Assembly: GCF_001194135.2 (NCBI RefSeq)
Contig: NC_068986.1
Span: forward strand, 78,955,517 to 79,002,421
Length of the DNA stretch: 46,905 nucleotides
Reading direction: 5' to 3'
From: Octopus bimaculoides
Lineage: Eukaryota
Made by a program: the position numbers and the translations under genes. This document shows positions 11,803 through 24,612 of the stretch, one piece after another (positions within the stretch are counted from its first letter, which is position 1; every line of letters starts with the position of its first letter). The notes under the pieces were generated by a model. That model worked only from the letters and a program-made list of their open reading frames with translations, did no database searches and was not told where the DNA came from.

Positions 11803-12254
11803 ATTTGTCAGAGATATCATGTTGACGGAAATTACTTGGAACTCCCTCATCAAGACTGCACTGTACTTGTAACTCAAAGAGGTGGCATTGTCATACACAC
11901 TTTCTCTTATAATTTTTCCTTATAATTACATGAGAGAGAACGCGTCAGTGAAATGGTCATACACGTACATTTCAAAGCGTTAGCCGTTCCGCTGATCGAA
12001 TAATTAGAACAATTTCTTCCAAAACTGAACGATATATATATACACACGCACACACAAAAGGACACATGCACACGCATATGCAACGTCATATACATATATG
12101 ATGGATATAACGAAATGGCAATGAGAGCAGAGAAAGAATGAGGAATAAATTTAACAGTGTGTAGAGTTTAGCTCATATTTTAAGTTTTTTCTCCTACCTC
12201 TCTTATTCACTTCAACCGATACTACGGTTACTTTTTGCATTGTAGATATATTAA

Positions 12255-13381
12255 AAAGTAAAGGGTGGAAAAGCAGGCATTACGAAAGAAAGGGGAGATA
12301 AAACAGATATTTGAAACGAGAGAGAAAATAAGGAAAGATGGAGGAGAAAGATAACGTTTTCGTTCAGATTCACTTAAAAACAGAAAACGGGGTTGATTAA
12401 AGAAGCAAGATTGATGAGAAATATTAGAAAAGGTTCCTCATGATGAAGGAAGTGAAATAAAAGGGGAAAAAATTGAGAACAAAATAAAGCAACAGCATAG
12501 CATAGATCCAAAATATGAAGAAAAGAGAAATGAGAAATTCACAGAGAGACAGATGATGTAACAGATAAAACTAGGCAGAGAAGAAGAGTTTTGAGAAGAG
12601 AGATTGACATCGATTAAAGAGGGAGAGAGAGAGAGAGAGAATGGAAAAAGAAAACAATGAAAGAATAGGTTCTCAGCAGCAAAAGAATGATGCAAATGTG
12701 AAAAAGAGAAAGTGAAGTGACAAAAATAATGAGAGAAATGTTGGAATATGTACTTGTTCGTGCATGTGTGTATGTGTGTGTGTATTTATGTGTGTAAGAG
12801 AAAAAGAAAGAGAGAGAGAGAGAGAAAGAGAGAGAGAGGGGATTAACAAGCTATGATAAATTGGATAGAAAACTTAAAAGAAAGCGAGATAAAATTCGGT
12901 GAAGGAATGAATGGTAAGATAAACTTGATAATAGAAAAATAGAAAAGAGACGAGAGTATGAGAAAGAGAATAAGGAGTTAAAAGGAAATAGGAATAAAGA
13001 AAGTACATGTTAGCAAGAGATAGAGAAAAGACACGGGAGAGTAAAGCGTAAGTAGAGAACGAGTGAGTACCTCCATAAACAACCTGAAATAAAATAGAAA
13101 TGTTAAAGCGATGAAGCAAGAATGAGAGAGAGTTTGGAGAGGTAGCGAAAAGAAGGAAGGAGAAAAACAAGGATCGTCACAGAAAAAAAGTATGGTGAGC
13201 ATAAAAGAGGAAAATTTAGTTGTGATGTGAAAGGGTGGAGAGTAGTTTAAGTACGAAATAAAGATTGCGATATAGTGAAGGTGTAATGATAAAGGAGAAC
13301 ATCAATAGGCTTTTACGCCCCTGACTGTTTGCCTTGAAAGAAAGGGAGATAACGATGAGAGAAACAATGATAACAATGCAA

Positions 13382-13413
<32 letters not shown>

Positions 13414-13440
13414 ATGAATGGGAGGGGATGAAGAGGAAGA
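12255..13440 (+). repeat. ~1.2 kb purine-rich low-complexity tract with (GA)n and (TAAA)n
   Basis: Strong A/G skew on the + strand; (GA)n at ~12624 and ~12806; (TAAA)n at 13383-13416. Confidence 0.85.
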
Positions 13441-16158
13441 TAAATTAATCACAATTCTTTCAAAAGCGTTACGCAATAAATGTTTTTGTCGACTGAATAC
13501 AAATGAGACACAGTGTTACTGACTTGACTCTAACCTAATTGTAGCGGCTACAGAAAAATGATCAGGGAAAATCTTAAAGGATAGAGTATCAGTTTGGCTC
13601 TTACAGCCAAATACCATTAAGTTTCAATAAATTTTACTGACAATATTTCTGCCATCTGCAGAGAATGGCCACGATAAAATCACGTGAGATACTGTTGTTT
13701 TTAACTAACACATACATTAAAAGAAAGCAAGTGTTGATATTTGGCGCAGGAAATATTTTTTGCGTTCATTGTTGACTTAAATGAATGTCATATGTAAGAT
13801 AACTGCCTGGCAACGATTTACAGTAGTTTTAAATTCTATGAAGAAAAATCTATAAAACACAGTACAGTTGACTGACATTATTTAGTTTTGCTACACAGAA
13901 TGGCACAATAAAATTGTGTGAAATCTGGTAAACTTCTGAGAAATGTTACGAAGCGTGGACCTAACCCGAAAGTCTGTATCTCGATAAATCTAATAACTTA
14001 AAAAAGAGAAAATGTTCTAGTATAACCAATTAAACTGACTGTCAGTTGAATAGTTTTATTAGCTACAAGAATGAACCTGTTCTATCAATTAAAGCGTAAC
14101 TAAATTGATTGACAATTACCTGCTATAGAAAGTGATGTCTAACATCCCGTGAAATCCAATAAATTTCACTATAAATGAAGATTTCTTTGTTGCTTCTAAG
14201 GATAATCTCTTGATCAGTTGACTTGTTGACATAGAATAGCTCAGATTACAGTCTTAACAGCCCAGGAGAACGAGTGAAGAGGAGATATAACATAAGAGAA
14301 TGAAAGACATACATCCGATTACATTTAGCAGATTTGATCCGAATGTCAGGTGGCAAGCATAAAAATAGAATTAAATAAACTTTGAAATATCCTCCTTCTG
14401 ATGGAGATTGATCAAACCACCATCATTTCATCTAGGTTTTCATGATATGCTTGACATATAACCTAAATATTGTAAGTGATTTATCTATGCAGTGATTTTA
14501 AAATTCAGGAGTGTGGGATTTGTCATAAACAATTTTACAGTCTACTTACGCTTTACATAACCTTTTGATTATCTATTAGTCGAAGACAACCTTTTCTTTA
14601 ATGTGCTGTTAGATTTTACATTCACATCAATTTTTTCTAGAAACTCCACTGTCCTACAGTAGAATGCCGTGGAAAATTAGTCAGAATGGAAAACGTTAGA
14701 TATATCTACGTTTCCTTTCAGTTATGTCATGCATGCATAATTTTAAAGATTGCTTTCACCAGCATATTTCAAGGTGCATATTTCACTCCATTTTAATAAG
14801 AAAGAAACGCACCTATGAATTTTATTTTCAGAATTATTTGAGACTGATGTGTGGAAAGGAAACAGTTACTCTTAAAGTTGAGACTTGTCTCGAACTCTTT
14901 TAACGCGAAAAATACTTTCTACCACAAATTCAGAGATCAAAGAACCAGAACAAATACCTTCTAATATTTCGACAGACATTTTAATTATTTGACCCCTATT
15001 CATTTTATCACTTGTTAAAAAAAAAAAAACAGGAAGATAAACTTGATCCTAGTATTATTTATAGATTGCAGAGCGCCGGAATAAATATGGTCTTACCTTC
15101 TCTCAAATTGCGTTGATTCGCTATGGTTGTTAATATTCGCGATGTAATGGAACGCTGACTGTTTACTTTAAGAGATTTTGAGTGTATGGCAAGATAAGTA
15201 CTTCAGCTTTAGTATGTTGCCGTGTGCTTGTTTCCATATTGTTGTCAGAAACTTTTACATGGTTGTTATTGGATTACAGAACATCTCTTTAATTCTGGTT
15301 TTACCTTCTGATAAGCCATTCTATCTATTGACAACAGTCTTTCTCTCTCCACAATAATAGTGTTTGTTGCCTATGATTTACCGGGAATGTCATATTTTTC
15401 TATGGAATCTTTGCGAGATATTTTCAAATACTTCATTGTATTCATGATTGTCATTATATTTGATAAACTCATAACTTGACTAAAATATGTTGTCGTGCGA
15501 TAATACTGACTTTTGCAAAATAATACTTTTCATTTGATGTAGTATATTTAATTTAGTCTTTTTTTTTCCTGGGAAATGTTCTCAGGGAAATCATTTCTCT
15601 GGGAAACGTTATCATTTAAATACTCTTTGTACATTTCCATTAATAAGCTGTTCCTCTTCTACATATCTTCTTTTCAGTATCTTTAGCTTCAGTTTGTGAT
15701 ACTGGGCATGTAAAAGCTAACCTGACAAGGTAATCCGTTTTCTCTCAGTCTGAGACTGTGTATGTTAGAATATTCCAGTGAGAGAATAATTCCTTAATGT
15801 GAAAAATTCATACGAATAAATCTCACAAAGTATTACCTTATGTGATTTTAAAACTTTACCAAATACATTGGATGTAAGATCAACCAATATTTAAAAATAG
15901 ACCATTCTGCTTGTGTCAAGTATTTTATTTCTATGCAATGTATTGGAACGCAAATTGGCAGAATTGTTAGAGCTTCTGGTAGAATATTTTGTGGCATTAT
16001 TCTGATTCTACACTTACTGATTTCAAATACCACCGGTTTCAGATTGCCTGCCAACTTTACGGGTTCGACGAATAAAGTACTACTTAAGTACTGAGTTCTG
16101 GTTTACTTCTCTCTTTCAAAATACCATATTTGAACTGGTAATAATATTACATTTATAC

Positions 16159-16468
16159 ATATCACTGCTTAGCGCTCCCACTCCATAATTTACTCACAGT
16201 GATACGCCGTTTAGCACTATCAGTCTCCTAGCCGCTTAGCACTATCAGTCTCTTTTTGATCAGTTCACAGCGTCACCTGCCTGCTGTCTGTGACCAAAGA
16301 GGAGACAACTACTCCGAAATACTAGCATCTCTCATTCTAGATAGATGGCACTGAAAACTGATGTAGGTGTATCCACAACATTCGTCAACGGCTAGAAATT
16401 TTCTCTATGACAAAACACAGTGAGTGGCTTGTTCTCCAATATCACTGTTTCGCACTCCCACTCCATAA
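16159..16468. repeat. 30-bp imperfect direct repeats 280 bp apart, enclosing a 24-bp tandem duplication
   Basis: atatcactgcttagcgctcccactccataa (16159-16188) vs atatcactgtttcgcactcccactccataa (16439-16468), 27/30 identical. Internal gccg(t/c)ttagcactatcagtctc x2 at 16206-16254. Confidence 0.85.
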
Positions 16469-19394
16469 GTTAGGGCTTGGAAGTTAATTCAGCATGAGAA
16501 GAATTGTATTCTTGTATATCTTTACTTAATTCTTACCACGATATCACTTATTCTTAGATCTTTGTTGCGATCAAAAAAGTTAACAGTCTGGGTTTTTTAC
16601 GCTTTGTTTTCCGTTCTTTTGATAGAGAATCGTCTAAATAACGGTAACTTATCTGACAATGAGAATTAGTTTGTTTCAACATGTTCCTGAAAATAAAGTA
16701 TGTTAGAAGTGGTTTAGCACATGAAAAGGCCTCGAACTCTTAAAATATTCATTTTAATGTTCTGAGTCTAAATTCGGAATGAACCAACATTGCCTTTCAT
16801 TTTTCATGCGCCGATGAAATAACTAAAACATTGAACCACAATTATATTGTAACATATGCAAACACCAATGTTTGTACAGTACAGCTTTGAGCTGAATATC
16901 ATTCATTATGATGTAATTTGGATTCTTATCGAAAAGAAAAGCTTCAAAACTTGCAATACACACAGATGAACACACACACATATTCAAAGACAAACACACA
17001 CATACATATGCAGAATAAGAGAATACGTAATTTCTAGCTGGCATATATGTGGCTTCACCACAATCAGTACATAATGCATTTCTGTTATTGTTTACTACTC
17101 TTTTTAATTTGTATATGCCAATCCTTCTAATGCAGATAAGATTCAACAAAAGTGGAAACTATTTAGTGAAACCATTGATTCATGGCTCCAAGATGTTTTC
17201 TCTTGTGTTCACTATTTTGTGTTCTGTGCAGAGTAAAAAGTATCGACCATGCTATTGAGTAATTAGGCAAATAAAAGTTAAACCCCTAAAAAGAGTACTG
17301 TGAATGAAATTAAAATCTATATAGAGGAACAAAATATCGAATAAATATCAAAGTAAACTAAGAATAAAATTAGAACAAGTATGAAATGACTTGTCCTGAT
17401 CGATTCGAAACCAGCAAAAGCAAGACAAAAAAACATAAAAAAGAAACTTAAAAATACTTCGGTAAAAAAATTTCAGTAGTGACAGTGCCAAGAATATACA
17501 GATATTATATACGAAATCTCTAGAAAGACAATATCTTGGCTGAAAAGAAACGCTGTTATTCCTAAACAGTGGATGTTAAAAGCTAGTTTCATCCGCTGCA
17601 GCTATATTTACAGTAGTGAGTGTCTTGATGTTAAATAATCTAGATTTGGCAGACGCAAATACTTTTAATTTCCCTCTCTCTATCATTTCCAAATCAGAAT
17701 GTGATCAATTATTGCTAGCAATAATAAAAAAGAATGGCAATGATTTCATATAAATGAGTAGTATTGCTGTTCTATTATTACATCTACATTCTAACTTGTT
17801 ATTGTAAGTCACATGTACGGACTTCACTACTAAATTAACGTTACATATTCTTCGTAACAAAATAAGAGTTACTTCTAGTTAGCAAAGTATTTTCAGATTT
17901 CCCGTATACTCCCTATGACAAAGAATCATTTGCAAGACTAAAATTATCCAATTAATATACAAGCATAAATTGTTAAAATAGAGGCTCTCCCACTGAATTA
18001 GAAGTACAGAAATGGCGCATGACTAAGCTGTGTGAGAGTAACGAGCTTCCTTCGCAGTCATATCTGTTCGGATTTGATCCTAACACAGTTTCTAATAGAG
18101 CCAAGTGTTGTGTGTGAAACCAAATTAATGGAAATCTGCGAAACTCCATCGGATATATTACACCTGTTGTAATGTAGGCCAAATGTATCACACAACTTAA
18201 AGCCATTTGTTGTCTCGGAATTCCTCTAAAATACACATCGACTTTATTAAAATAATCCCCCATAACATTTACGTAATAGACAGGATAGGAAATGTCCTTA
18301 ACTCCATGCCACCCGGATAATATTCAGTGTAAATGTACTAAACGAAATTATTAACTTAATATATATTCATGCTATTATACTTTATACATAAATACACGTA
18401 CACAGAAATAGGCAGGATTGCATGTACATATATGTATATAATGATATGTTTGTATGTATGCATGTGTGTATATGAATATATAATTGTATAAATACATACA
18501 TAAATGCGTGTGTTTGTGCATATTACTACTTACAATGCCAAATCACATATTTATTCGTATAATGCAATATAGTTCAGTATCTAAATCAAAACCTTTGACA
18601 AGACGAGAGATTATTAATCTTAGCACTTGGTAATATCTAAAAGCTTGGCAATATTTGTTTTTACGATGTTATATTGATTATTCGTTTTTTAATAAAATAA
18701 ACACCATAGTAAAACATAGGAAATTTCCTGTTCACTCCTTTACTTTGGCTTTAAATATAGTAACATAAAGATAAGGTTGATTGCATTTCGAACGTCTCTT
18801 GATGCCTTGATATTTTAATCAATTTCATGTTATCTATATGTGGCTGAAATTATGCTTATTATATACACTGCAGTTTGAAATGGTGTTTTGGTGTTATATT
18901 TTTTAAATAATTATATAATTATACTTTCCCTCAATTTTGGACTGTAAAACTAAGCTCATTACCGTAACGAACTGTAATTTTGTATTTGTTTGATCCTTAT
19001 TTATCTCAAACTTACTCTTCAACCATGGTTATGATTAAAAAAATTCACATTTCGTTTTTCTCCGTCTCATTTCGAGTAACAGATATTCGAAATCATAGTG
19101 GTGAAAATTTTCGACATTGAGGATTAGTATGAAGTTAGTTTTAAGTCATTCGAGATAATATACGCTAGAAGTGATTAAACGTTTAAATAAGCACCTTTTA
19201 TAAAATACACGCCTGACTTTAAAGCCTACATATATCCAAATACGAGTGTCGTACTTGATAAAATTCTGCCTCAATTCTATAAAGCCAGTGTTTATCCGAA
19301 TTTTCTAGGCTTTTACGTTGAGAGTACAAGACTCCTATTTGAACAGGATGTTAATGTGTGTCTTGTATTTAATTTAGTTGAGTTATAATAGCAA

Positions 19395-19500
19395 AGGTAA
19401 GGAATACCTTGTTAAAAACCACCATGCCGCGTGATCCGAGATTCAAACTAATGACTTAACGATTATAAGATCAACACCCTAACCATTGCGCCACACGCGC
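19395..19500 (-). mobile_element. tRNA-derived SINE head fragment
   Basis: Minus strand gcgcgtgtggcgcaatggttagggtgttgatc...gtttgaatctcgg shows A-box and B-box-like motifs; similar to 38775-38940. Confidence 0.55.
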
Positions 19501-21099
19501 TCTTTTCGTTCTTCATGATTCAATAAAATAACCAAATACTTCAGTTCAAATGAAAATTAATTTATATAGAAGTTCATGAAAACACATAGAGACACGCTCG
19601 AATGCTTGTCATATCTTTTATTTTAAAAATACTTCACGGAGCTTTTGAAATATATGAAGACATTATTCTTTAAGAAAGTTGGAGACAGTCGTCTATGATT
19701 TCAAACATTAATCAGATATAAATAAACCATACATATAAATAGATATATATTTTGATAGTTAGGTTTTGAGGTTATTTCGTTCATAAATTCTTTAGTTTAC
19801 TTTGATTATCATGGGTGAACACATAATGAAATAATATCGAATGTTTCTTTTAATAATTGATAACAAATCTTTTCTTGTGCTTTTGTCATGTGTTATGTAC
19901 TTTCCATGCACTTTTGCCATACTGTCCCATATCTGTAACTCAATTGCAATACATATATTAAAAGTTGCCTTCATTTCGTAGAACAACTTCTATGCTATTC
20001 TTCGTTCTTACTTAGAAAGTAAATTAGTGATAGCATTGAAATATGAACCATAATATATATAATATAATATAATATAGTGAGGTTTCTAAGAGGGAACAAA
20101 TCTCTTAGAATGTAATGCATTGTTCTGGGAAACAAAATGATAAATAATAAAATATTTGTGTCTCTTTCTTAAAGTCGGAGTTAATTTGATATAAATTATT
20201 CGGCAATGTTTCTGGTTAATACCCCAGTAAATTCTCAAATAATCATAGCTTCATTCACAATACAACTTAATCATAACAAATTATCTAAGTTTCCTGGCAG
20301 AGCAAAGGAACGACACATTTCCTATTCTAGTTATTCATTGTAGAGAAGATATTCTCCTGTTTTCCGCCACTTCCATAAAAGACTTGTAAGGAAGTAGTTC
20401 TAGCCGGCGTTATTAAATCGTTTTATTGGCTAGTGTGCCAAGCGATCAATATTTGATCTTTAGTTATTCAGGAAATATATTTCAGTTCTTCTAAATTTTT
20501 ACTTTATATATAAACTATATACGAAGTGAGTCACACTGTTAAACATAATTAACATCTACATATTGCTATTTGGTTTCAATATCAGTCCAGCGAAAAATAT
20601 TTATCAATTCACTATATATAAGAGACAGCCTGCGTATTAAAATCACCATGTAAACTCTATCCCAAACACAAAATTGTCGTATTAGAATCTAAATATTCAT
20701 ATCTATTGTAAATATTGTATATTGAATTATAATATATTCATAAGATAATATATTTTTATTCGTACTAAATTAATTACATTTATAAGGTAATCTTTCAATA
20801 TTTGTATTTATATTTGTATTTGGAAAAATATTTTATATACTATTTCTGTGAAGAATAATAAATCGATTTAATACGTAAAACTAACAATTTTATCATGGGA
20901 AAGATAGGAAACATATTGATATTCCAGAGGATTTTAAATTGTGTGCAACTTTCAAGCACCACACAGGGGTCTAAGAATGGATAACATTTCAGACAATAAT
21001 CCAATGATAACAAATTGCACATGAAGCATATAAAAATATGGCTAAAGGATGAGAACAATTAAACTTATTAAAGCAGACAAAATCAAAGCAGATATAATA

Positions 21100-22352
21100 T
21101 TAGGTTGTTTCATATGAAATGTCGTATTTGAAAGGTAACAATAAAATATTTCAGAAGTGTTAGAGAACTGATTTATTTTAATCAAAGTATGATCCATGTT
21201 CATGTATGACGTCTACCCAACGTTTGTCTATGTTGTATATTCCATCTTTAATAAAAATTTATCTTTTGCTGTGATAATCTGTCCGAATGCTTCAATTACC
21301 TCTTCTCTATTTAAGAATGTTTTATTGTTATGAAGAGCTCAAAATTCTTAAATAAGTAATGATCAGTAGGAGAGATATTAGGAGAATAGGGAGGATGTTG
21401 CAAAATCTCATAATTCAGGCTTTGCAACTTTTGGATCGTAGCTTCATGAGTGTGAAGACGTGCATTGTCGTGGAGAAAAACTGGGCCATCTCTATTCACT
21501 AGTCTGGGTTGCTTCCTTTTCAAATTCTCATGCAAAGAATCAATTTCTTGGCAATACGATATTACTGTCACCATTTTTCCTTGTTGCAAAAATGAATAAT
21601 GAATAACTCCCTTCGCAGACCACCATACAGTGACCACTAACTTTTTTAGGGTGCAATGGTGGGCTTGGATATTGTTTAGGTGATTCTACTGCGTCTAATC
21701 ACTGTCCCGATCTCCTTCCGATGTCAAAGAGTATCCATTTCTCATATCAAGTAATGATTTGATGCAAAAATGGTCTTTTCCAATCGAGAAAGCAATAAGG
21801 AGCACACTTCGAGGCGTTTGTCTCTTTGAATCTCGTTCAGTTGATGTGGAATAGACCTATCCGTTTTCTTGACTTTTCCAATTTTTTACAGGTGTCCAAA
21901 AACAGTTGTGCGAAATGTGTGGCATTCTGATGAAAGTTTTCAAACCTTTGCTTCGGATTTTGATCAACCAAAGCATTTAATTCATGATGCCGAATAACTG
22001 ATTTTTGCCTACCCCTTAGTTTATTTACAAGGCTATCATCTCCTGAAAGAGAGCTTTGGAAACATCTCTGAACAGTTCTGATGGCAACAAAACTATTACC
22101 AAAGGCCCGCTGAATATTCTGCAGAGCTTCCGCGGTACAGTGACCTAATTTGTACTCATACGAGAAAATAACTCAACATAGTTTAGTTGTTATCATTTTC
22201 ATAAGGTCTGTGTGTACGAATGTTTTATACCAATATTGTTGGGAAAGAAAAAGAGTCAAGATTAAATGCAAGGTATACATAATTGAGTTTTTAAACGACT
22301 GAAAAAAAAAACAAGTAATTAAAAATGAGACATTTCATGTGAAACAACCTAA
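21100..22352 (-). mobile_element. Full-length mariner DNA transposon (D34D), inactive
   Basis: 30-bp TIRs ttaggttgtttca(t/c)atgaaatgtc.. are 27/30 identical, flanked by TA at 21098-99 and 22353-54; length 1253 bp; transposase remnants on the minus strand. Confidence 0.95.
21311..21637 (-). pseudogene. Mariner transposase catalytic fragment
   Basis: ORF has VWWSAKGVIHY, FLHDNAR and HPPYSPNISPTDHYLF, with exactly 34 residues between the 2nd and 3rd Asp. The upstream part (YEYKLGH...) is disrupted by stops and frameshifts. Confidence 0.92.
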
Positions 22353-22439
22353 TATGTAGTAATATGAAACATAAATGAATACTTACATGGTGTAATGAGA
22401 AATACAAGCATCATGTAATCAATAACAAACATAAAGGAA

Positions 22440-23237
22440 ATGGGATTTAATAATACTAGTGATGGTACACCCTAAAGAGGAAAGAAAGAACAAGAGAAAA
22501 TGATGACTGAGGTAATTCCATGAAAGTGGAAGAGAGAACAATATCAACATAATTATAACGCTCTAAACATGGACATCTGTTTTGAATGTATAAAAAACTG
22601 CAAAACATAGTTACAGCTTCACAGAACAACAGACTAATCAAATATTGATCAAAAGTAATATATAAGAGTCGACACGAAGCATCCAAAATGAAATAGTTTA
22701 ATTTTATTACACTACCAAATTAACTAAAAACTCAAAGGAAAGTGTCAGGCAAGACTGTGAATTATTCTCTAGCCTATTTAGCCTGAGAAGGTATTCAGAA
22801 GAGTACATGTCACATTAGAAACTTCATTCAATCGAAGTTATGATCACCAACAATGTTAGATATGCGGAAGGTACTGCTTTATTGACTTCAACTGTAATAA
22901 CGTACATAGACTTGGGATATGTATATAACATTTACTGTAACTGCGGTAAATGAAAAGTGAATGTCTCATGAATTGTAAATTTATTATTATATATATCTTA
23001 CGTGTCTTGGTCATTGAATTGCAGCTGTGCTAGGGCACCGTCCTGCAGCGTTTAGTCGAACAAATCGACCCTGGTACTTATTGTCTGGTACTTTTTCTAT
23101 CAGTATCTTTGGCCAAACTTCTATGCTGCGACAAATAATCAACCGATGGGTTTGAGAAACGCAAATAAAAATACGCACTCTGTAAGTCAGACAAACACAC
23201 GCACGCAGGAGCATGCACACACACACACCCTCACATA

Positions 23238-23312
<75 letters not shown>

Positions 23313-24110
23313 TGACACGCACACACATATATACAACAGGCTTCCACACAGTTTCCTTCTTCCAGATTCATACATAAGGTGGTAGTCAACCGGGGATATA
23401 GTAGAAGACAGTTGTACAAGATGTTGTTCATCGGGACTGAACCCGAAACAACATGGTTGTGGTGCAAGCATCTTAACCACACAGCCATACTGGAGTGTAA
23501 AGAAAACAAAATCAATGATAATCAACAGGAAAAATACCAAAAAATGATTCATAAATTTAGAGAAGACCAATTGAACTGACTCCAAAATCTAAAATATTTG
23601 TGATATATGCGATTGCAAACGGGGAATGTGATGTAAAAATGAAAAGAAAGATTACGATAACAAGAAAGTCGTTCGAAGCAGAAATGGAAAACAGGCAAAC
23701 ATTAAGAAACATTGTATATTCTGCGTTACTTTCTGGTGCTGAAACATGGACATTAACAACAGTATTACCATAGCGATTACTGCCTTTTTTTAGATGTGAA
23801 ATTGTAGAAGACTCTTCAGAATATCGTAGGCACAAGAACAAGATTTATATAATATTAATAAGTACAGAAGTAAAAATAAAATTAAAAAGCTTTCAAAGAA
23901 ATAAGATTAAAATATTTAGACTCTTAATGACAAAGAGATAATGGTCTACAGAGATTCTTAATTAAAGACAAAATAAAAGGGTAAAGGAGGGGAAATCAAA
24001 AATTACGTCGATGAATAATGACATCAGTTAAACAAAATTTAAAAAAAATAAGAATGAATTCTAAGGATAGAAGATAGTATGAGGTGGTGATCCACAGCTG
24101 TTACGCTGCT
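22440..24110 (+). mobile_element. RTE-clade LINE remnant (RT to C-terminus), interrupted by a SINE at 23010-23490
   Basis: Mosaic translation gives RQDCELFSSLFSL (GVRQGC.LSP.LF), NNVRYAEGTAL (NNIRYADDT.L) and YSALLSGAETWTL (L.YG.ETWTL); many stops. Confidence 0.65.
23010..23490 (-). mobile_element. Composite SINE (family B) with internal (CA)n/(TA)n
   Basis: tRNA/CORE head at 23330-23490 and tail at 23010-23150 are the reverse complement of the modules at 27374-27755. Confidence 0.8.
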
Positions 24111-24201
24111 GAGGTGCAGATGCTGGAAACAATAATTTCGGAGAATGAAGTGGAGCAATTCGACCGAAGCGTCTTGCTAATTTTAATATTAAGTTGTTAA
24201 A

Positions 24202-24612
24202 CAAAGCAGTGAGCTAGCAGAATCGTTAGAAAACCGAAGAAAATGCTTAGCGGCATTTCCTCTGACCATAAGTTCTGAGTTCAAATTCCGCCAAGTTCGA
24301 CTTTTCCTTTTATCATTTCGGGTCTATAAAATAAGGACCAGTGGTGTACTGAGTGGATGTAATCGACTGGCCCCCTTCCTTGTGACTTCAGGCCTTGTGC
24401 TTATAGTAGAAAGGTAAGGCGGTGAAATGCTTAGAGATATTTCGTACGTCTTTACGTTCTGAGTTCAAATTCAGCCGAGGTTAATTTTGCCTTTGCCTTA
24501 TATACGATTCAAGTCGATAAACTAAGTACCAGTTGAGCACTGGGGTCGATGTAATACCCTAGCCCCTCCTCCCCTAAAATTGTTGGCCTTATGCCGAAAT
24601 TTTGAGGCCATT
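24202..24612 (+). mobile_element. Head-to-tail dimer of family A tRNA-derived SINE
   Basis: Two units, each with gagc(t)agcagaatcgtta A-box-like, gagttcaaattc B-box-like, and ataag(t/g)accagt...gatgtaat...ggcctt body. Confidence 0.85.

Noticed and set aside
24202-24300. tRNA genes at SINE heads
   Set aside because: A/B-box-like motifs continue into SINE bodies and no cloverleaf can be drawn.
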